IMG/VR virus record: IMGVR_UViG_3300015214_000024
Span: 9,787 to 73,786 of that record
Direction: 5' to 3' (one strand)
Source of the DNA: a virus
Lineage: Duplodnaviria > Heunggongvirae > Uroviricota > Caudoviricetes
Length of the DNA: 64,000 nucleotides
This document shows, in pieces, positions 53,042 to 62,968 of this stretch (positions are counted from its first letter, which is position 1; every line of letters begins with the position of its first letter). Both the position numbers and the translations under genes were made by a program. Below the pieces are notes generated by a model. That model was not told the DNA's origin. It saw only the letters and a list, made by a program, of their open reading frames with translations, and ran no database searches.

Positions 53042-55354
53042 ATGAAGATTGAAGAAGCAGGCGTTGAGACTTTCTCGCTTGGTCAGAAGGAAGTTTCCGT
53101 TGCCAAGATCCAAGCAAGTGCCAAAGCGTTTGAGATCCTGAGCTCAAGCCTTTATTCCAACAACATTCTCGCAATCATCCGTGAGCTTTCTGCAAATGCG
53201 AAGGACTCGCACAAGGCTGCTGGCTGCCCTGAGAAGCCGTTTGACATTCAGCTGCCCAATAAGCTGGACCCTAGCTTCAAGGTTCGTGACTACGGTGTAG
53301 GTATGGATCATCAATTCGTGATGACTCGCCTGAACACTTACTTCGATTCTACCAAGAACGACAGTAATGAAGAAATCGGCGGCTTCGGTCTCGGCATCAA
53401 GTCAGGCTTCAGCTATACTTCCAGCTATATGATCGTCACATTCGACGGCACGACACGCCGTGTCTACGCTTTCCAGATCGGCGCCAGCGGACTTCCTGAG
53501 ATCAGCTTCCTGGCTGAAACTCCGTCGACTGAGCCTCGCGGTGTTGAGCTCAGCATTCCGGTTATGGACAAGGACTATGACCGCTTCCGCGAAGAAGCTA
53601 TCGAAGCTCTGACGTTCTACGAACCCAAGCCCAACATCAGCGGCGTTGATGCTTCCGCGTTCGACATTAAGCCTTTGTTCCAAGGCACTGGCTGGAAGAT
53701 TTACCAGAATCCTGGCCGCCTCAAGAATGAAAACTATGTCGAGATGGGCAATGTGATCTATCCGGTCATTGAAGAAAACAATCCTTACGACGAATCTCGC
53801 CACTACCGCCACCATCGCCGCGGCCGCGGCGCAGATATGATTATGGTCTATAGCGCCGGCATTGGTGAGATTGACATCACTCCGAACCGCGAGCAGATCA
53901 AGCTGACCGATCGATCCAAGGCCCGAATCACCAAGTTTGAAGAAACGGTAACTGAAGAATTGATGGCCACTATCCAAGGCTGGCTGGATAAGGAAACTGG
54001 TACGCTTTGGGAAGTCCTGCGCGGCGATACGGTGCGCCGTATCCACGACCAGTCCTACTTCTTCGAGAGCCGCAAGGTTGATCTGAAGAAGCTCAAGTAT
54101 AAGGGCTATCAGATTATGGTCGGCGAGTTCCGTTATACTGAAAAGAGCCCGGCTGCTGACAAGGTGGTAAAAGGTCACACCTTGCAAGAGCAGTATGGCG
54201 AGATTCGTATGGATGAGCATCGGATGGCTCATTATGGCATCCAAATCTCAGCCCGGCATTCGGAAAGCGTTGGTATCATTATTGGCACTCCTGGTTGGAC
54301 GGCGAAACTGAACCAAGCCGGCGCTCGTAAGTTGATCAATCAGACAAAGAAGGTGCTTTATCTGCTCGACGTCAAGGCTGCTGATCAGGCCGATGTTATT
54401 GCCGGTCTCAATAAAACCTTCCCGGACTTTGCTGATAACATTTACAATTGGGATGATTTCAAAGCTGGGATCAAGGCAGCCAAGCCGGAAAATGACTACT
54501 ATACTTATGACCTGAAGGATGGTAACTCACGTTATTATAATGAAGGTAATAAGAAGGAGTTCAATATCAAGGACTTCAGCAAGAAGAAGACCATTTATTA
54601 TGGCACGTATAAGCCTAAGGCAAATAACCTTAGGAATTACCATTACAACCGCGAGTCGACGCGAATTCAGGAAATCTTGAGTAGCTGTTATGACGAGACC
54701 TATGATGAGATCCTGGCCAAGCTGAACGGCGAGAAGGTTGTATATGCTTTCCTTGAATCCCAGGTCAAGGAACTGGAAGCTGCAGGATTCAAGCTGGTGG
54801 ACTTTGTTACCACTTTCGAAGAACTGCTCCATCAGGTCGCCGTTGAATTTGCTGCTGAACGTCCTACAATGACGCTGAAGGAATACCTGAAGCCGTTGCA
54901 GGAAAAGAACCCTGAGATTAGCATCTCCACGTTCTACAAGGCAGTGAAGCGTTGGGCCCGCGAATGCGGTATGGAGGACGAGTATCAGCTTCTCCTCAAG
55001 CTGAACGACCCGTCATCATCCTCTTACCGTGCCTCGGCTAATGACCAGCTGTTCCGCCAGGTTCACAAGATGACCATCAAGGAATATGTGAAGAAGCACA
55101 ACCTCAAGCCGGCCAAGCCGACCAGTAACCAGTTCGCGATCGACCTCCGTGACAAGGCCCCGCTGCTCAGCTACTTGATCACTCGCTATAGCGTCCCTGA
55201 TGTTATTGATTATGTGAAGAAGGAAGTGGCTGGTATTGTGAAGGCTCCTGCTCCGGCTGCTACCGTGAAGGCTCCGCCAAAGCGTAAGCCTAGGCCGCAA
55301 CCGGTGGTGATTCAGACCATCAACCCGTTGTCGCTTATCCCGACAGCACAGTAA
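53042..55354 (+). CDS. rIIA: rIIA-like protein (GHKL ATPase N-domain), paralog 1 (770 aa)
   Basis: collinear with T4 rIIA: ASAKAFEILSSSLYSN, IRELSANAKDS (N-box), VRDYGVGM (G1), IGGFGLGIKS (G2). Confidence 0.8.
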   Translation: MKIEEAGVETFSLGQKEVSVAKIQASAKAFEILSSSLYSNNILAIIRELSANAKDSHKAAGCPEKPFDIQLPNKLDPSFKVRDYGVGMDHQFVMTRLNTYFDSTKNDSNEEIGGFGLGIKSGFSYTSSYMIVTFDGTTRRVYAFQIGASGLPEISFLAETPSTEPRGVELSIPVMDKDYDRFREEAIEALTFYEPKPNISGVDASAFDIKPLFQGTGWKIYQNPGRLKNENYVEMGNVIYPVIEENNPYDESRHYRHHRRGRGADMIMVYSAGIGEIDITPNREQIKLTDRSKARITKFEETVTEELMATIQGWLDKETGTLWEVLRGDTVRRIHDQSYFFESRKVDLKKLKYKGYQIMVGEFRYTEKSPAADKVVKGHTLQEQYGEIRMDEHRMAHYGIQISARHSESVGIIIGTPGWTAKLNQAGARKLINQTKKVLYLLDVKAADQADVIAGLNKTFPDFADNIYNWDDFKAGIKAAKPENDYYTYDLKDGNSRYYNEGNKKEFNIKDFSKKKTIYYGTYKPKANNLRNYHYNRESTRIQEILSSCYDETYDEILAKLNGEKVVYAFLESQVKELEAAGFKLVDFVTTFEELLHQVAVEFAAERPTMTLKEYLKPLQEKNPEISISTFYKAVKRWARECGMEDEYQLLLKLNDPSSSSYRASANDQLFRQVHKMTIKEYVKKHNLKPAKPTSNQFAIDLRDKAPLLSYLITRYSVPDVIDYVKKEVAGIVKAPAPAATVKAPPKRKPRPQPVVIQTINPLSLIPTAQ

Positions 55355-55433
55355 AAATAGTTCAATTTAAGGCTTGCAATTGGTGCCCCGTCCTGTATAA
55401 GGGCGGGGTAAACCATTCAACAAGGGATTAGAA

Positions 55434-57608
55434 ATGAAGATTGAAGAGCAGAAGGTTCCCACGTTCAATGTTGGACGCAAGGAAACGGCAGTTGCCTCGA
55501 TCCAGGCCAGTGCGAAGGCTTTTGAAATCCTTAGCTCGGGCCTCTACAGCGATGCTGAGTTTGCCATCGTGCGCGAGATTGCTGCTAACGCTTGGGATAG
55601 CCACAAGGCTGCTGGTTGCCCCGAGAAGCCCTTCAAAGTGCAGGTCCCTAACGGACTTGATCCTCGTTTCTGTGTCCGCGACTACGGCACAAGTATGTCA
55701 CACGAGTTTATGATGACTCGGGTTAACCGCTATTTCGATTCTACGAAGGCGGAAAACAACGACGAAATTGGCGGCTTTGGACTTGGCATCAAGAGTGTGT
55801 TCAGCTATGCCTCCAGCTTTATGATTTCCTGCTATATGGACAGCGTCCGCCGCGTTTATGTTTACCAGATTGGCGAAAGTGGCCTGCCTGAGATCAGCTT
55901 GATGGCTGAGACTGAGACTGACGAGCCAAATGGCGTGGAAGTCAGCATTCCGGTCAAGAGCGAAGACTATCAGAAGTTTTCAATCGCTATCCAGAAAACG
56001 TTTGCCTTTTATAAGGTCAAGCCTGAAATTGCTGGCGTGGAACTGGCCATTCCGGAATTTGACAAGCTTCTGGAAGCTGACGACTGGTTCGTTTGCCGTT
56101 GTCAGAGCATTTTCAATAAGGCTTCTTATATCGAGATGGGCGGCATTGCTTATCCGCTGGACGAACAGCTGACTGGCCTGCGTTCCTATTACAGTAACCA
56201 CCACACTCTGTTCATCAAGGCAGAGATTGGCGATGTTGATATCACTCCGAACCGTGAACAGATCAAGATGACTGAGCGCACTCGCAGATTTGTCAAGGAC
56301 AAGTTGAAGACCATTAACGACCAGGCTGAGAGCATTATCCAGGATCTGATCGATGCCCAAGGCCACACGTATTATTGGGACTTCATTGCTGAAGTGGTCA
56401 AGTATGATATTGATCTGCTCCGCAGCATCGGCTTCTCCAAATCCAAGATCACGTTCAATGGAAAGAAGTTTGACGACAATACGTTCACTATCCGTATTGC
56501 TCCCAAGCCGGCTCCTGAAGATCCAATGGATCCTAATTCGCCGATCAAGCAGCCTACCCTTACGCCGGAAATGGTCGAAGGCATCACCCGCTTTGGTGAA
56601 TGGTCACTGCACGATAGTGGTCGAGTTAAGAAGGATGAAGATCGCTGGAGTTATCAGAATGCTTGGAATTTTGATCGCTTCAACAAGCCGCGTCCGATTG
56701 TGGTCGCTGACGAAGCTTCAGTTCGTCGTATTGCCCCTTGGATGCGTTACAGCGATACTGACAAGATCATCCTGGTCAAAGTCGAGCCCGGTAAGATCAC
56801 TGATGTGATGGCCGCAATCAAGGAGCGTCTTCAGGACTTCAACAACATCCACGATGCTTCCACCGTGCATTTCGAGAAGGCACCGAGGGCTGCGGCTGCT
56901 GAGCGCAAGTATTATATGTACCACACCAGCACTTGGAATGAAGTTGTCCGCAAGGAAATGGATCTCGGTTCACTACCTAATGAGATCTACTATTTCCAGA
57001 CCGATGGCCGCCAGCGTAGTGAAGTGTTTGGCCGCACTACGGACTTTAACAAGGATGCGTCATTCATTGCAGTGGCTAGGACTTGGATCCCGAATGTTAG
57101 CTTTTACTTCCTCACAGAAGCAATGATCAAGAAGATTGAAAAGGCCAATCCTTCGGCAGTTTTGATCGAAACATCTGCCAAGCTGGCTGAAATGCTTGAC
57201 GACAAGGTTCGTGAAGCTGGGCAGAATTATGTTTCCCGCAGCCTTGAGGATATCAAGGCACCATTTGCTCGCTCGGGCGGCAGCTGGCGGACAGCATCTG
57301 CTCTTGACTTTTGGGCCAAAGAGTTCAATTTGTCCGATTATGAACAGGCAAAGAAGGATCTCGAAACCCACAAGCCGGATAGCAGCCTTGAGAAGATGTG
57401 CAAGCTGATCAAAGGCAAGACCATCTTCGAAATGTTCACAGAGCTTGGTGTCAATACGCGCAACGTCACTGTACCGAGCTTTGATAATATGCTGGCAAAG
57501 ATGCCTTATGTCTTTGCAATGGTTGATGACTATTCCGAGGAAGAAGTTGTGAACCATATTGGCGAAACGATGGGCTGGAAAAGAAACACCCAGCCTGTCA
57601 CAATTTGA
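55434..57608 (+). CDS. rIIA: rIIA-like protein, paralog 2 (724 aa)
   Basis: same GHKL motifs; similarity to paralog 1 is strongest in the N-terminal region that was compared. Confidence 0.8.
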   Translation: MKIEEQKVPTFNVGRKETAVASIQASAKAFEILSSGLYSDAEFAIVREIAANAWDSHKAAGCPEKPFKVQVPNGLDPRFCVRDYGTSMSHEFMMTRVNRYFDSTKAENNDEIGGFGLGIKSVFSYASSFMISCYMDSVRRVYVYQIGESGLPEISLMAETETDEPNGVEVSIPVKSEDYQKFSIAIQKTFAFYKVKPEIAGVELAIPEFDKLLEADDWFVCRCQSIFNKASYIEMGGIAYPLDEQLTGLRSYYSNHHTLFIKAEIGDVDITPNREQIKMTERTRRFVKDKLKTINDQAESIIQDLIDAQGHTYYWDFIAEVVKYDIDLLRSIGFSKSKITFNGKKFDDNTFTIRIAPKPAPEDPMDPNSPIKQPTLTPEMVEGITRFGEWSLHDSGRVKKDEDRWSYQNAWNFDRFNKPRPIVVADEASVRRIAPWMRYSDTDKIILVKVEPGKITDVMAAIKERLQDFNNIHDASTVHFEKAPRAAAAERKYYMYHTSTWNEVVRKEMDLGSLPNEIYYFQTDGRQRSEVFGRTTDFNKDASFIAVARTWIPNVSFYFLTEAMIKKIEKANPSAVLIETSAKLAEMLDDKVREAGQNYVSRSLEDIKAPFARSGGSWRTASALDFWAKEFNLSDYEQAKKDLETHKPDSSLEKMCKLIKGKTIFEMFTELGVNTRNVTVPSFDNMLAKMPYVFAMVDDYSEEEVVNHIGETMGWKRNTQPVTI

Positions 57609-57663
57609 TTGACGCATTAAACAAAATGCCGTATTACGGTAGCACCAACTAAGGAGGTTTTGA

Positions 57664-59184
57664 ATGACAATTCTTGCAGTTTCTTTTTCGGGTGGCACGG
57701 AAAAGGCTATCGGTAGCCTTGTAGTCACCACCGACTCCCGAGTGTTTACGCTCACAAATGATCACAAGGATTTCGACGATATCCTTGCTCTGCTCAAGTC
57801 AGGCGATCACGCCCAGGCTGAACTTCGTCTGGACCGCGCTATGCACGTTCGCGCCGCAGTTGCCGACACGGCATTCAGCATTAACGGCAACGTCGTTACT
57901 TACAACGGCCGCCAGTTGCCGGCGGTGATGGCGCAGTACATTATCCGACTCAATACTGAAGGTTTCGACCTCTCGCCGCTCGAGAAGTTCACCGCCAATC
58001 TGTTCGCCAACCCCAGCTATCGCGCCACGCAGGAATGCTTCAAGTTCCTCGAAGCCAATGAGATGCCGATCACGGAAGACGGCTGCTTTATCGCTTACCG
58101 CTCTGTTACGCTGGACTACAAGGATCACCGCACTGGTACGTTCGACAATAGCGTCGGCGCCGTTTGTAAGGAAGACCGCAACCTGGTCGATGAAGATCCG
58201 AACAACACCTGTTCCAAGGGTCTGCACGTTTGCGCTCTCGGCTACATCCACGGCCCTGAATCGCACGGCTACGGCGGCAGCCGTTCGCACTGGGTGATTG
58301 TCAAGGTCAACCCGCGTGATGTGGTCGCTGTACCGCACGATTACAAGAACACCAAGATGCGCGTTTGCGAATTTGAAGTGGTCGGCCAGCTGGACAAGAG
58401 CAAGATCGCTCCTACGGCCAAGAAGTCCTACGCTGAAGACAATGTGGTCTACAAGCCGGCACCGAAGGCTGCTCCTGCTGCTCCAAAGGCTGAATCCGAT
58501 CAGTCGATGATCCAAGCTGGTAAGTTCTACGAACTCGGCCAGAAGCACGCCGCTCGTAATGACGAGCGCGGTAGCGGTGATCCGCTCACGTCGGTCAGCT
58601 TCAATAGCAGCACCAGCTATGAACTTTATATGGCCGGCTACGAAGGTCGTCCCCGACCGACTGCGGTGATGACGGCTGTCCCGGCTGCCGGCGGCAACGC
58701 AGGCATTGCCCGTCAGATGTTCAACGAGGGCCGCTATACTGACCTGATGCGTTTCAAGAAGGAAAAGCGCGTTGGTTTTGGGCGCCTCGGCTTTACGGCT
58801 GCTGAAGAGGCGATCATTGAGCAGAACCGTAATCAGAACGGCACTGTCTCATCGCCTGCCACCTACACCGACTCGCTGGGCTTTATTGTTCCCGCCAAGC
58901 TGGTGTTCGATGCTCACGGCTATGATCAGTTCGGCTTCCGCCGCTCGGGTAAGAACCGCAAGGGACAGACCCGCGGTGATCTTGGCTTTACCCGCACCAC
59001 TGCACCGCTTGCTCAGGTAAGCACCACAATCGCTTCGCCGGCTGCTACTTCTAATCAGTCAGCCAAGTATCAGGAAGGCTACCGTGATGGTCAGGCTGCT
59101 ACCAGCTTCAAGCCTCTCCAGGTTGGTAATGAATACTGGTCAGGCTACACGGCTGCTTGGAATGTGAATCCGAATCGCAAGTAA
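57664..59184 (+). CDS. rIIB: rIIB-like protein with long low-complexity C-terminal extension (506 aa)
   Basis: ITEDGCFIAYRSV..TFDNSVG..CSKGLHVC..VKVNPRDVVAVPHDY..KMRVCEFEVV matches T4 rIIB core. Confidence 0.75.
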   Translation: MTILAVSFSGGTEKAIGSLVVTTDSRVFTLTNDHKDFDDILALLKSGDHAQAELRLDRAMHVRAAVADTAFSINGNVVTYNGRQLPAVMAQYIIRLNTEGFDLSPLEKFTANLFANPSYRATQECFKFLEANEMPITEDGCFIAYRSVTLDYKDHRTGTFDNSVGAVCKEDRNLVDEDPNNTCSKGLHVCALGYIHGPESHGYGGSRSHWVIVKVNPRDVVAVPHDYKNTKMRVCEFEVVGQLDKSKIAPTAKKSYAEDNVVYKPAPKAAPAAPKAESDQSMIQAGKFYELGQKHAARNDERGSGDPLTSVSFNSSTSYELYMAGYEGRPRPTAVMTAVPAAGGNAGIARQMFNEGRYTDLMRFKKEKRVGFGRLGFTAAEEAIIEQNRNQNGTVSSPATYTDSLGFIVPAKLVFDAHGYDQFGFRRSGKNRKGQTRGDLGFTRTTAPLAQVSTTIASPAATSNQSAKYQEGYRDGQAATSFKPLQVGNEYWSGYTAAWNVNPNRK

Positions 59185-59190
59185 GCCTCC

Positions 59191-59721
59191 TTAGCTTGTG
59201 CGAGTGTGATGGGGTGGGACAAAATCCTGCCCCATCTTTTTTCTGTATTCGATTTGATGAATCGTTAACCCAGTGGCTACTGCTAATTCAGTCTTGGTCA
59301 AGTATTGACCATTATAAAAGAACGTTCTATATCGGTCCCTAAGTTTTTCTTTGTGATTTGACGACAATGTTCTACCAGCCATTGCTTTGGAAATTTTAGA
59401 TTTATGATCATCATCCATAGCCCCTCTCGTATAGCCACCGTTTCCTTTTCCTTTAGACTGGCCTTTATTATGTGCTGGCTTTCCTCGTTTTGCTTTTGAT
59501 ATTTTATTTCTAATTTCATTATTTTGGATAATGGCTCCGCTGACATTTTTATTTAACCATCGTTGATCTGATAGAAAATTATAAAATTCAGTCATTACTC
59601 GGAGCTCATTATGTAAAGCTTCTTCAGCAGTGGCGCAAGGAAATGACCATTTTACGTCAGGTAAACCATACTGCTCAATCATATTGTGGACATAAGTAGA
59701 CGATGTAAAATAAGTAGTCAT
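59191..59721 (-). CDS. homing-endonuclease-like protein with NUMOD3 repeats (possibly degenerate)
   Basis: ISKAKRGKPAHNKG and ISKAMAGRTLSSNHKEKL NUMOD3-like; AT-rich; opposite strand. Confidence 0.45.
   Translation of the reverse strand: MTTYFTSSTYVHNMIEQYGLPDVKWSFPCATAEEALHNELRVMTEFYNFLSDQRWLNKNVSGAIIQNNEIRNKISKAKRGKPAHNKGQSKGKGNGGYTRGAMDDDHKSKISKAMAGRTLSSNHKEKLRDRYRTFFYNGQYLTKTELAVATGLTIHQIEYRKKMGQDFVPPHHTRTS
59208..59242 (+). terminator. rho-independent terminator GATGGGG...CCCCATC-T6
   Basis: stem plus T-run after rIIB. Confidence 0.6.
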
Positions 59722-59921
59722 TAAATCTTTCGGGTTAGCTTTCTGCTTACCGTTAGTAATTCGACAACCAACATACCAGCGGTCTATCAGACCAACCGAT
59801 TATATAGAAATATGGTATATAAATATTCATAGCTGATGCTCCCTAAAGCATTAGGGCCCTTGGATGTTGACGCATCGCGAAGGGCATTTCATACCTATTT
59901 ATCTATTGACTCTTCCTTCGT

Positions 59922-60383
59922 ATGTGTTATTCGTCGCAATATCAAATGGAGGTTGAATTGGCTACTAGCTTGGTTGATGATTATGTTTTGAACTCGCGGG
60001 TGTATCGCGATGTTAAGGCTGACATCAAACTCCAAGATGACAGTAGCCGACTCTGTTACGATGCTGAAGGCATCATCTGGGCAACAGAGCAGATCGACTC
60101 AGACATTTATTGTCCGCTCCAAGCTCTGCAGATCGACAAGGGCATTATGTATAGTGATGCTGAGGTGGATGATTCCACATATATGGCAGAACTGATGGTC
60201 AACCTAGCCACTCTTTGTGGGGGCAATTTTGCACAAGATACCTTGTGCCAATATATGTTTGATTCTGAAATGCGTGTTTGCCAAATGCGAGTAGCTGAGT
60301 CATATAAACATTTCTTTGACAAAGTATCAGATCGCAGTACAGTGTTTCCTGAGGTAGAAAGCTATCTAAAGGTGATGTCGTGA
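59922..60383 (+). CDS. hypothetical acidic protein (153 aa)
   Basis: ORF. Confidence 0.45.
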   Translation: MCYSSQYQMEVELATSLVDDYVLNSRVYRDVKADIKLQDDSSRLCYDAEGIIWATEQIDSDIYCPLQALQIDKGIMYSDAEVDDSTYMAELMVNLATLCGGNFAQDTLCQYMFDSEMRVCQMRVAESYKHFFDKVSDRSTVFPEVESYLKVMS

Positions 60384-60760
60384 CCCCGGGACAAATACAG
60401 CTCATTGTGCATAGAAGCTTGCTTCACAAGCGCACACATCGTGAAATTCAAAACAGCGAAACTATTAACTGCAATGTAAGCATTTTATTCCAGCTAATGG
60501 TTGGTGATGCTGCTGCGGTGTTTCCTGATGCAGACCATACTGCAATATTTGACCAAAGCCCATTCATTTTAGATTATGTTGATAAAATTTGTGCTCAGAG
60601 CGATCACCGCTCGGCGAAAGAGTTTATCGTCGATTTAGGATATCTTGGTTTCTACAATTTACATTATAATCTGGTATGTAAGTGGCACCAAGCCTTTAGC
60701 AAATATGAGTTTCAAAAATTACAAGAAGAAGCTCGCAATCTGATGGTGTTGATCCGATGA
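60380..60760 (+). CDS. hypothetical protein (126 aa)
   Basis: coupled. Confidence 0.5.
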   Translation: MTPGQIQLIVHRSLLHKRTHREIQNSETINCNVSILFQLMVGDAAAVFPDADHTAIFDQSPFILDYVDKICAQSDHRSAKEFIVDLGYLGFYNLHYNLVCKWHQAFSKYEFQKLQEEARNLMVLIR

Positions 60761-61101
60761 ACCCTCAGACGATTGATATGATCAATGATTGGTATGATCA
60801 TTTACCTAATGGCTACCAGGCAACATCGTCTGAATCAATCAATGAGCTTCTAGGCCTGATTGACCACTGTGTTACAGTTCTTGATCCAGACCATTCCGTA
60901 TGGCGCGAACTTGACGAATGTGAAGACTTTGTCGAGTTTATCAGTGTTGTTTCTTCCTACTGTAATATAGAAGGCACCCAATGTCTGGCAATTTTTTGCC
61001 TTGACAGGGGTCTGTCAAACTGCCAGATGGAATTTCACGAAGAAATTTACCCAGAGTATTGGTGCTCTGAAGTAGCAACGTATAGGAAGCTAGTTAGCTA
61101 A
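60757..61101 (+). CDS. hypothetical Cys-rich protein (114 aa)
   Basis: coupled. Confidence 0.5.
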   Translation: MNPQTIDMINDWYDHLPNGYQATSSESINELLGLIDHCVTVLDPDHSVWRELDECEDFVEFISVVSSYCNIEGTQCLAIFCLDRGLSNCQMEFHEEIYPEYWCSEVATYRKLVS

Positions 61102-61102
61102 G

Positions 61103-61495
61103 ATGAACAAGGACAGATTGTTTGAGCGTATGCAAGGCTTACAAGACGACATTTTCGCTCGTCTGAAAGCTTCTGACAAGCGTCACGGTGGCGATCCTTA
61201 CCCTATGATAGGGCGCAAGTTTGATAATCTTATCAACTTTATGAAATCGCTCAACATTGATCCGGATACTGATGAAAATTTTACCGTGCTGGTAGACACG
61301 CTCGGACAGACGGTTTCGCGTGAGAAGTATATGGGCCCCACTGCAATGCTAGTTTGGGTTCTGACGCTCTTAGACAAGCATTCGCTATATGAACAGATGT
61401 GGTACGTGTACCAACATTCGGATGCAAAGCATCAGCCCTCATTAGTATCGTTCCTGCCTCCGCATTATCAATCTGCTGCGATTGTTATGCGATGA
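61103..61495 (+). CDS. hypothetical protein (130 aa)
   Basis: ORF. Confidence 0.5.
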   Translation: MNKDRLFERMQGLQDDIFARLKASDKRHGGDPYPMIGRKFDNLINFMKSLNIDPDTDENFTVLVDTLGQTVSREKYMGPTAMLVWVLTLLDKHSLYEQMWYVYQHSDAKHQPSLVSFLPPHYQSAAIVMR

Positions 61496-61881
61496 AAGCA
61501 GACAAAATCATCTCAATGCTGTTGACGCAAAACCAGCAATCCTGGAAGCGACGACAGCTCTGGGGTCAAGTTCAAATTCTGGAACGGGCTATGAGCCAGT
61601 GGGAGAACCTCAAAAAGGTTTCTCCCCGCCAGCATCACATATGGTCAAAGAAATTTTGGGATATGTGCGAATGGTTTTGCATTGAGTTGACTGACCACCT
61701 TGAAATCTACAAGGCGGCTCAATTTAAAGCCCCAGGGCGGCAGCCGCCCAACTATCCCCGTTTCCTGAAAAAGCTCTACGAATTCGACTCTGACAGAGCG
61801 CATCAGCTTATGATGAAACAACCTCTTGCCTTCTCTATTGTAGAAGAGGATTGGGCGCTCTGGACCAGGATCGTTATATGA
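61492..61881 (+). CDS. hypothetical protein, tandem paralog of next gene
   Basis: shared C-terminal LYEFD...LMM..P.A motif. Confidence 0.5.
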   Translation: MKADKIISMLLTQNQQSWKRRQLWGQVQILERAMSQWENLKKVSPRQHHIWSKKFWDMCEWFCIELTDHLEIYKAAQFKAPGRQPPNYPRFLKKLYEFDSDRAHQLMMKQPLAFSIVEEDWALWTRIVI

Positions 61882-62291
61882 CGCAAGATATAGTTGAGTT
61901 AGCCTGGAAGGATCTTGATCAGATAGTTGGCCGCTATTACCGCGAGTCATTAAATGACCAAAGATTTCGCTATACCGTAGCAAAGCTGATGCCTCATATG
62001 ATTCAAATAATTGATTGGTATGGGGATCACAAAGACTACGTTGATTTCAAAACCTATCTCATAATGACGGGCGTGATAATCACTAACTACGTTGAAGTTC
62101 TTGGTGCTGCTAAAAACCTCTGTCTGGAACGTGATGGAGCGATATCAAGTCACATTAGATCCCACGATGCTCTGCTGGAACTCCTTTACGAGTTTGACGA
62201 GCAATACAGCCTTGAGCTTATGATGCAATATCCTAAAGCATATGTGGGCATCAAAGGCGAATGGGTCAATCCAGCAAAGTTCTGCCTCTAA
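61878..62291 (+). CDS. hypothetical protein, tandem paralog of previous gene
   Basis: ATGA coupling; shared motif. Confidence 0.5.
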   Translation: MTQDIVELAWKDLDQIVGRYYRESLNDQRFRYTVAKLMPHMIQIIDWYGDHKDYVDFKTYLIMTGVIITNYVEVLGAAKNLCLERDGAISSHIRSHDALLELLYEFDEQYSLELMMQYPKAYVGIKGEWVNPAKFCL

Positions 62292-62294
62292 TTT

Positions 62295-62615
62295 TTTCCT
62301 GATCAGATTAACTATATTTGTTAACGTTAACCTTTAATCCTGATTGTTAACGTTAATAAGTAACGTTAACAAAAAACCGGCTTGACTTCCAGAAAAATCC
62401 TGCTAGGCTGGACCAATGAGCTCAATCTGGGCTCGTTAACTATTGGCATTAAGGATTGGTATGGTCTGATTAACTATATTGGTTAACGCTAATGAACAGG
62501 GTTAACACAGACCGTGGTCTGATTAACTATATTGGTTAATAGTAAACGTTAACTATTAACGTTAAGGACCGCCCCTATAGTTAACCACCGCCCGATCGCC
62601 CGATCGCCCCTTGAC
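62295..62615. repeat. iteron/operator cluster: multiple TTAACGTTAA palindromes, two 24-bp direct repeats GGTCTGATTAACTATATTGGTTAA (plus a 25-bp variant with one extra T), and a CGCCCGAT triplet
   Basis: repeats visible directly; 320-bp noncoding region. Confidence 0.5.
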
Positions 62616-62968
62616 TGACTTGTAATTAATTAATTATTTTCGGCCAGCGAAGCTCTGGCCCACTTCCTGCTTGGGATGTTGAAAAGGAAAGCCCCAGAAG
62701 AACGAATGTCCTCTGGGGCTCCTTAGCAAGGAGGTTGTCACACTTGACGCTATCATTTTTCCTTAAAAGGTAATGTTTAGCTATGACTCCTACAATATAT
62801 GGCAACCTTTGAAGTCTGTCAAATAGATTTTCACCTTTTATTATTTTGAAAATAAAGAATAAAGTCGCCACCAGTCTGACTTAATTTTCGTCGCAAAAAC
62901 AAATCTACATTTAAATCAGTCAATACAGTCATTGACACACAAATCATTTTCCTATATAGGAAGCTGTA

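Noticed and set aside
53000-55420. Hairpins TGCCCT-gctata-AGGGCA and CCCCGTCC-tgtataa-GGGCGGGG read as terminators
   Set aside because: No U-tract follows. They coincide with the spacer and -10 (TATAAG) of sigma70-like promoters upstream of each rIIA paralog.
53402-58548. Minus-strand ORFs (280, 231 and 249 aa) inside rIIA/rIIB
   Set aside because: They are antisense to genes with strong homology-based support.
62295-62615. CRISPR array
   Set aside because: Repeats are short palindromes and direct repeats of irregular length and spacing, with no uniform spacer structure and no cas genes. They were interpreted as protein-binding iterons.
62626-62871. 81-aa minus-strand ORF
   Set aside because: It lies in a repeat- and hairpin-rich intergenic region, with no RBS and no coding-like composition.
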